DNA of 64,000 nucleotides, taken from positions 5,704,001-5,768,000 of the forward strand of contig JAWMAR010000073.1 of the NCBI GenBank assembly GCA_036785375.1, in the 5' to 3' direction. Below, piece by piece: positions 39,574 through 53,262 of this stretch. The translations under genes were made by a program, and so were the position numbers. The DNA comes from Leucoraja ocellata (Eukaryota). Every line of letters begins with the position of its first letter. Position 1 is the first letter of the stretch. The notes under the pieces were generated by a model. It was not told the DNA's origin. It saw only the letters and a program-made list of their open reading frames with translations, and did not search any database.

Positions 39574-40351
39574 GAATCATATATACAGTACAAAACAATA
39601 CACCTGCAATGTTTTCAGAATTAGAAGAGATGTATTCCACAGCTTTCCATATTTTTGGTCACACACGTGACTAAGAATGGGAGGGGGGCCATTGAATGTC
39701 ACATATTTTCTTATGATTATAGAGGCCATTCAGCCCATCCAACCTATGCTAGCTCCCAGCAGAGCAATTGCATTTCCCTGGAACCTTGCAGTGTTTTCTC
39801 ACGTATCTATAAATTCTTCTTTTGATCCTATTTGCCAAAAGGGTAACTTAAAAGGTTATTATCCAGTAGATTAAATGTAGCACAACCTTGGTCTGTGTTG
39901 CTGAATACACAAGCTTCATTTGTACTTTAGCAGAAAATTGATCATTTTCAGTAAATGTTTGGAACAATTCCAAAACTTTCATCAGTGATATGCGACCTAA
40001 TTGTTGATGTCACTTTGTAGCTTACTTTATTGTCGATTGCTTAATGCATTAAATTTAGAAAAATTGATATTCACCGCAAAACTAAATATTACATGAAGAT
40101 TAAAAGATATTTGGAAAGCTAGAGAAATGGTGTCTTTATACCGTATGGCACATATGTGTCTAACTACCATTCTCTATCATACCTTGTTTTCATTTTCAAT
40201 ATTTTCATTATTTGTTTACGCAGAACTACCATTCTACCTGACCATTCCTTTTGTCCCTGAAAATTGCCATTTGCTAACAAATTGGGGCAAATACTCCACC
40301 ATGCTTCCTGAAGTCAATAACTAGCGTCAAAGATGCAGCACAGTTCCACGT

Positions 40352-41815
40352 AACCATATAGCCATATAACAATTACAGCACGGAAACAGGCCATCTCGGC
40401 CCTACAAGTCCATGCCGAACAAATTTTTTTCCCCTTAGTCCCACCTGCCTGCACTCATACCATAACCCTCCATTCCCTTCTCATCCATATGCCTATCCAA
40501 TTTATTTTTAAATGATACCAATGAACCTGCCTCCACCACTTCCACTGGGAGCTCATTCCACACCGCTACCACTCTCTGCGTAAAGAAGTTCCCCCTCATA
40601 TTACCCCTAAACTTCTGTCCCTTAATTCTGAAATCATGTCCTCTTGTTTGAATCTTCCCTATTCTCAAAGGGAAAAGCTTGTCCACATCAACTCTGTCTA
40701 TCCCTCTCATCATTTTAAAGACCTCTATCAGGTCCCCCCTTAACCTTCTGCGCTCCAGAGAATAAAGACCTAACTTATTCAACCTATCTCTGTAACTTAG
40801 TTGTTGAAACCCAGGCAACATTCTAGTAAATCTCCTCTGTACTCTCTCTATTTTGTTGACATCCTTCCTATAATTGGGCGACCAAAATTGTACACCATAC
40901 TCCAGATTTGGTCTCACCAATGACTTGTACAATTTTAACATTACATCCCAGCTTCTATACTCAATGCTCTGATTTATAAAGGCTAGCATACCAAAAGCTT
41001 TCTTTACCACCCTATCTATATGAGATTCCACCTTCAAGGAACAATGCACGGTTATACCCAGATCCCTCTGTTCAACTGTATTCTTCAATTCCCTACCATT
41101 TACCATGTACGTCCTATTTTGATTTGTCCTGCCAAGGTGTAGCACCTCACATTTATCAGCATTAAACTCCATCTGCCATCTTTCAGCCCATTTTTCCAAA
41201 TGGCCTAAATCACTCTGTAGACTTTGGAAATCCTCTTCATTATCCACAACACCCCCTATCTTGGTATCATCTGCATACTTACTAATCCAATTTACCACAC
41301 CTTCATCCAGATCATTGATGTACATGACAAACAACAAAGGACCCAACACAGATCCCTGAGGCACCCCACTAGTCGCCTGCCTCCAACCCGATAAACAGCC
41401 ATCCACCATTACCCTCTGGCTTCTCCCATTCAGCCACTGTTGAATCCATCTTGCTATTCCTGCATTTATACCCAACAGTTGAACCTTCTTAACCAACCTT
41501 CCATGAGGAACCTTGTCAAAGGCCTTACTAAAGTCCATATAGACAACATCCACTGCTTTACCCTCGTCAATTTCCCTAGTAACCTCTTCAAAAAATTCAA
41601 GAAGATTAGTCAAACATGACCTTCCAGGCACAAATCCATGTTGACTGTTCCTAATCAGACCCTGTTTATCTAGATGCTTATATATATTATCTCTAAGTAT
41701 CTTTTCCATTAATTTGCCCACCACTGAAGTCAAACTAACAGGTCTATAATTGCTAGGTTTACTCTTAGAACCCTTTTTAAACAATGGAACAACATGCGCA
41801 GTACGCCAATCCTCG
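40352..41815 (-). mobile_element. CR1 LINE of a second subfamily, 5'-truncated, open RT ORF
   Basis: 464-aa ORF 40435-41829 (NYRPVSLTS, QHGF, DFSKAFD, GVPQGSVLGP, YADD). HER1-like 3' end with an (ATATGGTT)-type tail. Confidence 0.93.
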
Positions 41816-44151
41816 TAGATGTACGCCAATCCTCGTACGTAGATGCAGCACAGAATGCCAGAGGAGATTATTTTTCCCTGTGGCTATCAAACTGTACAAC
41901 TCCTCCCCCCCTTCTGTCGTGGGGTAGACTGACTCCCCTTCCCAATCCTGAACTTTCCACGTCACCTTAAATTCATGTTTTGAGTATCTTGTTGTGTTTT
42001 ATGACGGTTGGCAGACCAATTTCCATCCTGGGATACACAAAGTTCTATCTTATCATCATATTTTGTAGCTCTTTTGTGATAAATATCAAAAATGCCATAT
42101 TACTGTTGAGACACGAGACTGCAGATACTGCAATTTGAGGCAAAAAACAAATTGCTTGAGGAACTCAGCGGGTCAGACGACATCAATGGAGGCAAAGGGA
42201 TGGTCACTTTGAGTTGAGATCCTGCATTAGTACTCTGATGTTGATGCGTCATTGTATGTTTGTTGCCCCTTTTTGATTTTATGTTGTTTAGTTTACTGTT
42301 GATTTTATTTTTGGATACATTTAGTCCTCATGTTATTAGAAGCATAAACTCATCCTGTATCACTTTTTAACCTCATTTTATATGAACATTCTTCCTTGAT
42401 TTTATGTTGCTTTATTGTCCACTTGCTGTGGAAGCTTTCTAATTCACTGCACTGAAATCGGCTTTATTGAACGATTATGATATGATTGCTTTTAGATAAA
42501 CTGCTGCCTAATTGAACCTGGTGCATTACTAAATCTAATATGACCTGATTTATTGGTGGTTATGTGGGGTTTTCTTGAATATACTCAAATAAAATAACTT
42601 TCTGACAAAATCCTTCATTAAAACCATTCTTCCTTTGCGACATGCTTGTCTGATCTCAGGATTTGTGTACTTCCAACACTTCCATCATTTCTGGGACTGA
42701 TGCGCAATTCCACTGCAGAAGTCAAATCTTTCCGATTTTAATTTGACCCACAAATCCTCTTCCCTCATGCATTGCTTTATCATTGAATTCCTGTCAACCA
42801 TAATATCACCTTCACCATTTTTGTAATCATTTCTGTATTTATCCAATCTGTTGGCCGTGAACTTGGCTATGAAAAATTGGATTTTAGGTATGAATTTTAA
42901 GTATCTACACAATTGTATTTGTGGAACTGAGACTTATAGCACCCATATTATGAATCGAAAAAAACACAAACACTGAATTCTTATTCTTGTGCTGTCAGCG
43001 TAACCAATTGCCGACACGGGCAATATTCTTAGTAAGTGCTTTTTCTAACGAAAACTAAGCACAGCATTTGCATTAATGTTAGAGGACTATTTAGACTGTG
43101 GGTGCAGTGGGGCATGTGAATTATGTTCCTTCTACATGATTCCGTCTGCCCATGAACAGACTGAACAAATGCAGGTCCATTGTTATATTCCCCTTCAGAG
43201 ATTGCATGGGAGAAGCATTTCACATGTCATGCAATGGGCTGGTACCTAGGTTTGTGAATTTTTAAAGTATGTTTTCTTAATTTCAGATGTGTTAATAAGC
43301 CTTTCTTCATTGAACAGTTTTAACCCAAACATAAGGAATTGATTCTATCATTGGACAAAACAAGGTTAGGGAGATTACAAGAAAAATCTAATAAAATATG
43401 AAGGATTGTCTTTTAATTTGTGTATGAAAGTCTGTTTTTGTACTTTAGGTTACACTTTGAAAAAGATACTTCTCAGGTAAAGTTTTGATGTTGCTTAACA
43501 TGTTACCATGATAACATTACCATGTTCCAGTATCTGAGACTGTCTGTAATCTAGGTTCAAGAAAGAATTGCAGATGCTGGTTTAAATCAAAGGTAGACAT
43601 AAATTGCCGGTGTATCTCAGCGCGACAGGCAGCATCTCTGGAGCGAAGGATCTCAACCCGAAACGTCACCCATTCTTTCTCTCTAGAGTAACTCCTATAT
43701 TTTATGCCTATCTGTAATTGAGGGTTAGGGTTGGGGAAATTCTGGAATTTAAATGCACCTCCACCCATTAATTTGTCTCCATTTGTTGTGGGCGTGTCCT
43801 TCTTGCACCAGAATGTAATGGACTTTGACCATTCTCAACCAGCAAACTGTCCTAGCCGCCATCCAGCCAAAGTTTCGACAGCTTGGTTTACTTGGTTAAC
43901 CCTGGCTGTAAAACCCAGCAGTAACTTTCTACAGTTTCAAAAGAAATATAGCTGCTTGATCAATGAAGGACATTGAGTTGGAAAGTGCTTTATTTGAATT
44001 GTTTAGGAGCCATCAAGTTCATTTGAGCTCAGTTGAAGGGTTGGAGATGGAAGCATGAGGGTTTTGAGAATTTTGGAAGAAATTGATTTTATGGTTTTGC
44101 TCGACTGACACTGTCTGTGTCAGATTGGTTCAATTTGAAACACCTTTGTTT

Positions 44152-44885
44152 CATAATCATAATCATACTTTATTAGCCAGGTATGTTTTGCAACTTACGG
44201 GGAATTTGATTTGCCATACAGTCATACCAATAAAAAGCAACAGAATGCACAAAATACATTTTAACATGAACATCCACCACAGTGACTCCTGCATTCCTCA
44301 CAGTGATGGAAGGGGCAAAAAAGTTCAATCTCCCCCTTCTTTGTCCTCCAGCGGTCGGGGGCCTCTAACTTTCCGTTGAAGGGACGATCTTACTCCCATA
44401 GCCGGCGGCGGGCCTCCTTGTCGGGGCTATCAAGCTCCTGGAGGAGAATCTCGGCTCCCCACGCCGGGCGATCTACCCAGGGTCGGGGCTAGTCGAACGT
44501 CGTGCGGCATTTGGCCCTTCCCAACGTCGGTCTCAACCCGAGACTGCGAGTCCTTGATGTTACAGTCCACAGGCCGCGGTTGGAGCGTCCATCTCACGCA
44601 AGGAATCGACTCCAATGGTAAGTCCAGGCCCTACGGTGAGGTTCAAAGCAATACCGAGCTAAGGTCCCCAGCTCCCTGATGTTAGGCTGCAGAGCGACCG
44701 GTGATACGATCCGGAAAACAATCGCATCTCCGGAAAAAACGTTTCCCCCGACCCCTTCCCCCACCTCCCACATAAAACAAACCAGAGAACATTAACACAT
44801 ACTTTTAAAACACACTAAAAATAACAAAAAAAAGACGAAAAGACAGATTCTTTTGAGGCTGCCATCCTGCGGCGCCCCTGGTGGA
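44152..44885 (-). mobile_element. Non-autonomous GC-rich retroposon with (ATGATT)n tail
   Basis: Starts CCACCAGGGGCGCCGC on the minus strand. Same layout as 18859-19665. AATAAA plus tandem tail. Confidence 0.55.
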
Positions 44886-45424
44886 AATCAAATGAGTCTC
44901 AGTTGCATTCAAATGAGGAGAGTTGCATTCCCTGAGGTGATAACATTGAATTAAATCCACAAGCTTACCTGTATCTATCAATCCTATGAGGGTATTTAAA
45001 TATTAATCAGAGAGTTTTCCCCCTATCAACGGTAACTAACAAATGTAACTATTGTCATTTTCCATTTTTCCAATTGGTTCACCGACTCCATGAGATTTAC
45101 GAGGAAAGTCACAAAATAAACCCAATGAAAGTCTTCATTGGTCAAAGTTCAAATTTGATTTTTTTAAATTCTTTACTTTCCAAGTACAAATGGCCCACAT
45201 ATTGGTACTATAAACAAGCTACCACACAACTGTAAACATGTAGTTTTAAAGTTTGTATCAGTATTATCACATTGTAACAATGATTGTGTTTGTCTGTTTT
45301 GAACAATCATATTGATAGTTGGTGCAAATGACAACATTCTCTGATGTAACCTTTCGCGTTACCTTTGCTATGTTCGCCCAATTTCCCATCATCCTTTTCC
45401 AGTGAGCCACCTAGTTTGACCATA

Positions 45425-47110
45425 CAGGTGCACAACCTTTTATCCGAAGTTCCAAATAACGAAAACCTCCGAATAGCGAAATTTTTTCAGTCCTTGAAGA
45501 AAGGTCCTTGAAAACGTTCACCGAGGGCGGCCCGCAGAGGTGACAGCGGAACCTCCGGTCGGTCCTCGAAGAAAGGGGAACTAAATCCCCATTCATAAAA
45601 GAGAAGGTGAGGGTATATTGCGCGGGAGGGTTAATAATTGACAATCTGCTGCTGCCTGCCCGCTGAGTTAAAAAGTTCCCACGGTAGACTCACGATACAC
45701 AGTGTATCGTGAGTCTTGCATGAGAACTTTTTAACTCAGCGTGCAGGCAGCAGCAAATTGTCGCTCCCTTAAGTTTCACCCCACCTACACCCCTCTACTT
45801 CCAGGCCATGTGTGTGACCCCTTCCCTCCCCTCTCCAGCTCCCCGCCCATTGCACCGACGCGGGGGGTTTGCACTGTCTTCACGTCGGAGCCAGTGCCAA
45901 TCACCGGAGACGTCAGGACCAACGGGACACTGGCCCCCAGGCCCACTGCAAGCATGGAGATCATAGAGACCCACAGCCAGCAGCAGCCCAGCCCCGTTCC
46001 AATTCCAGAGGAACACGCTCCCCGTAGGGACAGAAGCTGATGGTGTGCAAGGTGCGTCTTGGTCTTGAGGTTGCGGATGAGGGGGCGCAGCTCGGGCTGT
46101 GACGTCTCCGGCCACCCCCTGTACAGGAGCTGAGACTGGGAACTGTGGGGTTGTTTGCAGTTGCAGAGGGAGGGGGCAAGGGCGGTACAGTTCCCAGTCT
46201 CAGCTCCATTCCAGGGGGGTGACCGGAGACGTCAGGACCAACGGGACACCAACTGCAAGCACGGAGATCCCGGAGACTCACAGCCAGCAGCAACTCTAGC
46301 CCAGCCCCGCTCCAACTCCAGAGGAACCCGGGTTGCGGATGAGGGTGCGCAGCTCGGGCTGTGGGCGAACTGCCACTTGTTGCTGTAGCGGCGCATCGGG
46401 GAGCGGGTTCCTGTTGGTCCTGACGTCTCCGGCCACCCCCCTGGACAGGAGCTGAGAGACGTCAGGCCCACCAGAAGCCGCTCCCCGATGGGCCGCTACA
46501 GCGACAAGTGGCAGTTCGCCCACAGCCCGAGCTGCGCCCCCTCATCGGGACACCGACCCCCAGGCCCACTGCAAGCACGGAGATCCCAGAGACTCACAGC
46601 CAGCAGCAACTCTAGCCCAGCCCCGCTCCAACTCCAGAGGAACCCGGGTTGCGGATGAGGGGGCGCAGCTCGGGCTGTGGGCGAACTGCCACTTGTCGCC
46701 GTAGTGGCGCATCGGGGAGCGGATTCCTCTGGAGTTGGAGGGACAGGGAGACACAGCGGCTTTTGAGAATGGTGGGCAATCACTTCCAAAGTTCTGCCCA
46801 CACAGTCAGTACACCTCTCCTACACTTGTCTCCCGCACTAAGATTATCTCGCAGAGAATGATCCCAGCCTAACCCTCCCTATTCTCTCCTATTCTGCAAG
46901 AAAAAACTACATTGAAGACTCAAACTCGCGATCGAGTAACTGCCGGGATCGAGGCGCAAACTCGCGACCTTGCGGATATGAGCCGAGCACTCTACCACTG
47001 AGCCAGCCATTAAAATCTACGCTAAAAATCTTCCATTCCGAAAGCCGAAAAATTCTGAATTACGAAAAGTGTCTGGTCCCAAGGCTTTCGGATAAAAGGT
47101 TGTGCACCTG
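45425..47110. mobile_element. Non-autonomous Tc1/mariner-superfamily (pogo/Tigger-like) DNA transposon
   Basis: 24-bp perfect TIRs CAGGTGCACAACCTTTTATCCGAA. TA duplication at 45423-45424 and 47111-47112. No transposase; interior consists of palindromes and GC-rich repeats. Confidence 0.9.
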
Positions 47111-47269
47111 TACTAGAAAGTTTCCCTACTTTTCCAGAAATTCCTTTGCCATACACTTTTGAGGTTGGTCTGGTGGTAGTCCCCTGCTATGATGAACAAA
47201 TCCCCAGGGTATTTTGTTTCAAGGTTATTATTTGTTGTGGCCTATGAAGATAGCTGTTCCATTCTCCCT

Positions 47270-47565
47270 TGCTCCTGATGTTGGGGGAGTCCAGAACCAG
47301 GAGCCACAGTTTAAGAATAAGCGGTAGGCCATTTAGAACTGAACTGAGAGAGTTGTGAATTTGTGGAATTCTCTGCCTCAGAAGGCAGTGGAGGCTGATT
47401 CACTGGATGCATTCAAAAGAGTGTTAGATACAGCTCTTAGGGCTAGCAGAATCAAGGAGTATGGGGAGAAGGCAGGAACGGGGTACTGATTGTGGGTGAT
47501 CACATCGAATGGTGGTGCTTGCTCGCAGGGCTGAATGGCCTACTTCTGCACCTATTGCCTATGTA
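47270..47565 (+). mobile_element. CR1 3' end
   Basis: MLGESRTRSHSLRI..VVNLWNSLPQKAVEA and 3' stem. Confidence 0.8.
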
Positions 47566-48021
47566 TCCACCTGTATGTACCTTAGTCATCCTGACACTAA
47601 ATATCTAATTGTTAAGTGCTTAATAAAGCAAAAATAAAATCAACAAAAGCATGTATTTCAAAATAGTTAATTTGATTAACAAAATATAGAAGCCTCACCA
47701 AGTGGAGAGAACAGATTGTGTCAGAAATGAAAGCCAGTTTTTCCTGTGTAACTATCTTCTTCTTCTTGCGTTTGAGGCAGCAGTAGTCTGCAGCAGGGTG
47801 ATGCCATCCGGTTCGACATCCATAGGTGCCTGCCCTAAAAAAGGCGCATGCTCCAGGTTTAAATGAATAATTGACTATGAATGCCACAACCTGCTAGTGA
47901 GGAATGGGTAGTCCACTGATGGTGGAAGATATTGAATTATGACCAATTATTTTTCCCACAGCTGATCACTCTGAAATATACCAGTGTTAATAAAGCAGTT
48001 AATCCTTGTATGCTAGCTAGC

Positions 48022-49622
48022 CTATTTATTTGCCTCTGTACTCCACAGATTTGTAATAGAAAAAAAATTACATGTGGTTAAAGTGCACATTGTCAGATTT
48101 AATTAAGGCCATTTTTACACATTTTGGTTTCACCATGTAGAAATTACAGCAGTATTTATACATAGTCCCCCCCCCCCCCCCACCCACCCCCATTTCAGGG
48201 CACCATAATGTTTGGGACTCATGGCTTCACAGGTCTTTGTAATTGCTCAGGTGTGTTTAATTGCCTCCTTAAGAGAGCTCTCAGCACCCAGTCTTTCCAT
48301 CACTTTTGGAAACTTTTAGTGCTGCTTATCAACATGAGGACCAAAGTCGTGCGAATGAAAGTCAAAGAAGCCATTATGAGGCTGAGAAACAAGAATAAAA
48401 CTGTCAGAGATATCAGCCAAACCCGAGGCTTACATAAATCAACTGTTTAGAACATCATTAAGAAGAAAGAGTACTGGTGAGCTTACTAATCGCAAAGGAA
48501 CTGGCAGGCCAAGGAAGACCTCCACAGCTGATGACATGAGAATTTTCTCTATAATAAAGAAAAAATCCCCAAAACACCTGTCCAGTAGATCAGAAACACT
48601 CTTCAGGTGTGGATTTGTCAATGACCACTGCCCGCAGAAGACTTCATGAACAGAAATACAGAGGCTACACTGCAAGATGCAAACCACTGGTTAGCCCCCA
48701 AAATAGGATGGCCAGGTTACAGTTTGCCAAGAAGTACTTAAAAGAGCAACCATAGTTCTGGAAAAAGGTCTTGTGGATAGATGAGATGAAGATTAACATA
48801 TCAGTGATGGCAAGAGCAAAGTATGGAGGAGAGAAGGAACTGCCCAAGATCCAAAGCATACCATCTCATCTGTGAAACACGGTGGTGGGGGTGGTATGGC
48901 CTGGGCATGTATGGCTGCTGAAGGTACTGGCTCACTTATCTTCGTTGATGATACAACTGCTGATGGTAGTAGCATAATGAATTCTGAAGTGTGTAGACAC
49001 ATCCTATCTGCTCGTTCAAACAAATGCCTCAAAACTCATTGGCCGGCAGTTCATTTTACAGCAAGACAATGATCCCAAACATACTGCTAAAGCAACAAAG
49101 GAGTTTTTCAAAGCTAAAAAATGGCCAATTCATGAGTGGCCAAGTCAATCACCTGATCTGAACCCAATTGAGCACGCGCTTTATATGCTGAAGAGAAAAA
49201 TGAAGGGGACTAGCCCCCAAAACAAGCACAAGCTAAAGATGGCTGCAATGCAGGCCTGGCAGAGCATCACCAGAGAAGACACCCAGCAACTGGTGATGTC
49301 CATGAATCGCAGACTTCAAGCAGTCATTGCATGCAAAGGATATGCAACAAAATACTAAACATGACTACTTTCATTTACATGACATTGCAGTGTCCCAAAC
49401 ATTATGGTGCCCTGAAATGGGGGCACTATGTATAAACACTGTTGTAATTTCTACATGGTGAAGCAAAAATGTATAAAAATGGCCTTTCTTAAAATCTGAC
49501 AATGTGCACTTTAACCACATGTGATTTTTTTTTTTTCTATTACAAATCTCAAATTGTGGGGTACATAAATTGTGGAGTAAATAAATTATGGGTCTTTATC
49601 CCAAACATTATGGAGGGCACTG
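48022..49622 (+). mobile_element. Tc1-family (IR/DR-type) DNA transposon with a dead DD34E transposase (48334-49358); outer left end missing
   Basis: Long (~200-bp) inverted repeats at ~48022-48218 and ~49392-49622 with internal direct repeats CCCAAACATTATGG. Right end ..GAGGGCACTG|TA. Motifs VLWIDE, VKHGGG, QQDNDPKH, WPSQSPDLNPIE, with stops and frameshifts. Confidence 0.92.
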
Positions 49623-51683
49623 TATGAAAGAAAGTTAACCTAATTGTGCACAATGCTGTGATTTTGGTTGAACTCAGAAGAGCATCACCTTGGGCTGATG
49701 AGTATTAAAAAGTTACCTTATGTAACAATTGTATTTGGGTACATTATTCCTTTTTTTTCCACCCCTTTATTTCTCTTCTATGTTCTGGTGTATTTCTTGG
49801 GCAGAGGCCATCTTAAATATGTCACCACAATAGACATTTACAATCGTCAGCACAAGAGGTGAAGAAAGAAATACTAATTTACAAATATTGCTGAGACTTT
49901 GAACTGACGGGTACTCTCAAATACACTTGTACTTTGTAGGTAGACAAAAATGCTGGAGAAACTCAGTGGGTGAGGCAGCATCTATGGAGAGAAGGAATAG
50001 GCAACGTTTTGGGTCAAGACCCTTCTTCAGACTTTGTGGTTGCCCTTCCTGCTCCTTTAGGCAAGATGTTAACTGGTGAGGTTATGATGTGAAATAGAAG
50101 TGTGTCAAACCTGAAAACCAGCATGTGGGCTGGTTTTAACCCAAGACATCCCAAACTACTTTTGAGGTGCAGCTACTATTATAATTGTATTAACCTCATC
50201 TGCTTTTTATTCAAGTTTCCTAATTCAGCATGTCTATTTTTTCAGATCTTGGTGTCAAAGTTTTTCTGAAAATTCTTATAGACGGTTTTGACTCTGTTTC
50301 CGTCATCTACATTGTTGTACCTTATTAAAAAAAAAAAAGCAGTATTTGTCAAGGTAAATTATCCCATTTACATTTCACGGCAATCTTCCAGTTTTGTTTT
50401 CCTTGCCTACTCCATGTCGTTTAATTTGATCCTTGTGAAAGTATGCATTGGTGAAAATCTATTGTTGATTTCTACCATGGCTTCTGGGATAAAGAAGCAT
50501 GGAGGAAGATGGACACAAAATGCTGGAGTAACTCAGCGGGACAGGCAGCATCTCTGGAGAGAAGGAATGGGTGATGTTTTGGGTTGAGACCCTTCTTCAG
50601 AGCCTAAACGTCACCCATTCCTTCTCTCCCAAGATGCTGCCTGTCCCGCACTTTGTGGCTCTTTGGTTTAAACTAGCATCTGCAGTTCCTTCATATACAG
50701 CATGAATCCGCTGCGGTTGATGTTTATGTTAACTTTTATGTAGTTGTGTATCTTGGTGCTTTTTTTGTATGGCAATTCAAATTTCACTGTACCTTAATTG
50801 GTACATGTGACAATAAACTGACCTTGAAACCTTGAAAAAAGGAAGAATTTGTTTCGAAATTTGACTTTTTGAGATTGAGCTTCAAGTCCAGCAAACAATC
50901 TATTTATAAACTATTTACAAATCAGTCCATTTCGTGACTGGTGAATTAGTAAATTCAGTTTTAAGTCTGGGATATTTATTGTTGTAGGAAGCAGTAATGG
51001 GATTGTAAATTTTGGAGCTATTTTGCTGATTACTTTTGTGCAATAAACTACAGTGAAAGCAGCAGCCAATTTGTATTGAGAGCATTAATCCAGTGAATTT
51101 GTTTTGAAACATTATAATAGGAATGGTCTTAGAGAATTGGATTATAGAAGTCTGAGACAAATTTTGAAAAGTATGATGTGAATCATGGTAAATAGTGTTA
51201 TGGTGCTTCATTAAGTTGTTGATTTTTGCAGTGCTCTGCTTTGTGAATAGATACTCCTTTGTGCAAATTTTGTCATGGGATGGGCCACATTGTGACATGT
51301 TGGCTTGAATGCAAGGTGTGCAAAAGCTGAAAGCAAGCTACAGTTCTACAAGGATTCTCTAAATGTTTGAAGCAGCAGGGTCTTTGTATACAGCAGTGAT
51401 AGAGCAATTATCTAGATTCCCTTATGCTGTGACTTGGAGTAGAGTGTGCTCAGTCTTGCGGTGCTCAGGAAGGACATTTCTTCTGGATGAGGAAGTATGA
51501 TAGTTAAACCAAACCAAACAATGTTAGTGGGTGAACTTTTTAATGATGGCTATGCCCCTCCAATTAGTCCCAGGTGGTGGTAGCAGTTAAACATCTGTAC
51601 CACAGATGCTGCAAGTGTGAAAGGATTAACAACGAATGCTGGAAATAGTCGGCATTTACGGAGGGAGAAGCAGTCAACATTTT

Positions 51684-51891
51684 GTGTGAGAAGGAACTGC
51701 AGGTGCTGGTTTACACCAAAGATAGACACAAAATGCTGGAGAAACTCAGTGGGACTGACAGCATCTCTGGAGAGAAGGAATGGCTGAGGTTTCAGGTCTA
51801 AAGAAGGGTCTCAACCTGAAACGCGACCCATCCTTTCTCTCCAGAGATGCTGACTGTCCTGTTGAGTTACTCCAGCATTTTGTGTCTGTCT
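51684..51891. mobile_element. Penelope terminal palindrome
   Basis: TSD tcaacatttt at 51674-51683 and 51892-51901. Confidence 0.8.
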
Positions 51892-52695
51892 TCAACATTT
51901 TAAGTTGGTGATTTTTCATTACAAACGGGGGACGAGTCAAGGCATAAGATGATGGTTAAGAAGATGGTCTGGGGTGAAGAAGATCAGATCAAAACGAAAG
52001 TCAATGACACAGTGATGAGCAAGAGAGATTAAACAAGGATGATGTGTACAGCAGAAGGGATGATCAAGTGATGATAGAAATAGCAGAGTGATTATATGAA
52101 GTTGATGTTGGGTCTGGAAATTTTTTAATTTCATGGTTAGAACATGAGATGTTTCTTGAACTTCTGAGGAGTTTTGATGGATTGAATCATATGACTGAAC
52201 CTGCAGAAGCTGGAGTGGGAATGGAATAGAATGGACTGGAGGGTAAACATGAGAGGTGATCACAAACTCTAGGCCACACTTGTGGGTGGAACGGGAAGAA
52301 CTAAAACTGTTCTTTTGCTTGAAAGAGTGTTTGGGGCTCTGGACAGTAGAAAGGGAGGAGATAAAGCAGAGGTTGTGTCTCTTGTGGTTGCATGGGAACA
52401 TGTGAAGGAAGGGAAGAGGGTAATGGCTCGGGTGATAATTGTTGGGGAGTTGATCTGGATGCCAGGGAGAGAACTCTCTCTTCAGAATGCTGCAAGGTGA
52501 GATGAGGGAGAGGCTGTGTTAGTTGATGTTGACCATGCTAGTAGTATAACTTTGGAGGATCCAATAAATATTGAGGCGTGGAAGGTGAGTTCACTGGATT
52601 TCTTATTGTGATCTCAGAGGAGAACTGGTGAGAGTAGGTGCAGGAATTAGAAAACCATGATTTAGTGCCCATAAGAAAATTATTTCATTGAGGAG

Positions 52696-52829
52696 GTAGA
52701 CAAAAGTCTGAAGAACGGTTTCGGACGAAACGTTCCCTATTTCCTTCGCTCCATAGATGCTGCCGCACCCGCTGAGTTTCTCCAGCATTTTTGTCTACCT
52801 TCGATTTTCCAGCATCTGCAGTTCTTTCC
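52696..52829 (+). mobile_element. Penelope pseudo-LTR fragment
   Basis: CTGAAGAACGG..CGAAACGTT core. TSD ttcattgaggag at 52684-52695 and 52830-52841. Confidence 0.85.
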
Positions 52830-53262
52830 TTCATTGAGGAGCTTTCTGTGAGGAATTATTTCAGAAATAGATGTTTTTAAAGGAATAGAGGAAAAGGGAA
52901 CCTCTAGGAAGCAGTGAAATGGAAAATTTACATCTTCAATGGAGATGATTTACAGATTCAATGGAGACTGAAGAACTTGGAGTAAGGTCATATGTGATTG
53001 GTGCAGAATTAGGCCATTCGGTCCATCAAATCTACTCTGCCATTCAATCATGGCTGATTTATCTCCCCCTCATAACCCCATTCTCCTGCCTTCTCCCCAT
53101 AACCCCTGACACCCGTACTAATCACGGAATAGAATCCCTTCAGGAATGTTTGGAACCTGAAATTAAAAAAAAAACAAAATGCTGAGGAGAAACTCAGCAG
53201 GTCAGGTTACATTTATGGCAAGAAACATTTTATGTTTTGGGGTCGCAGAAATGAAACACTAA

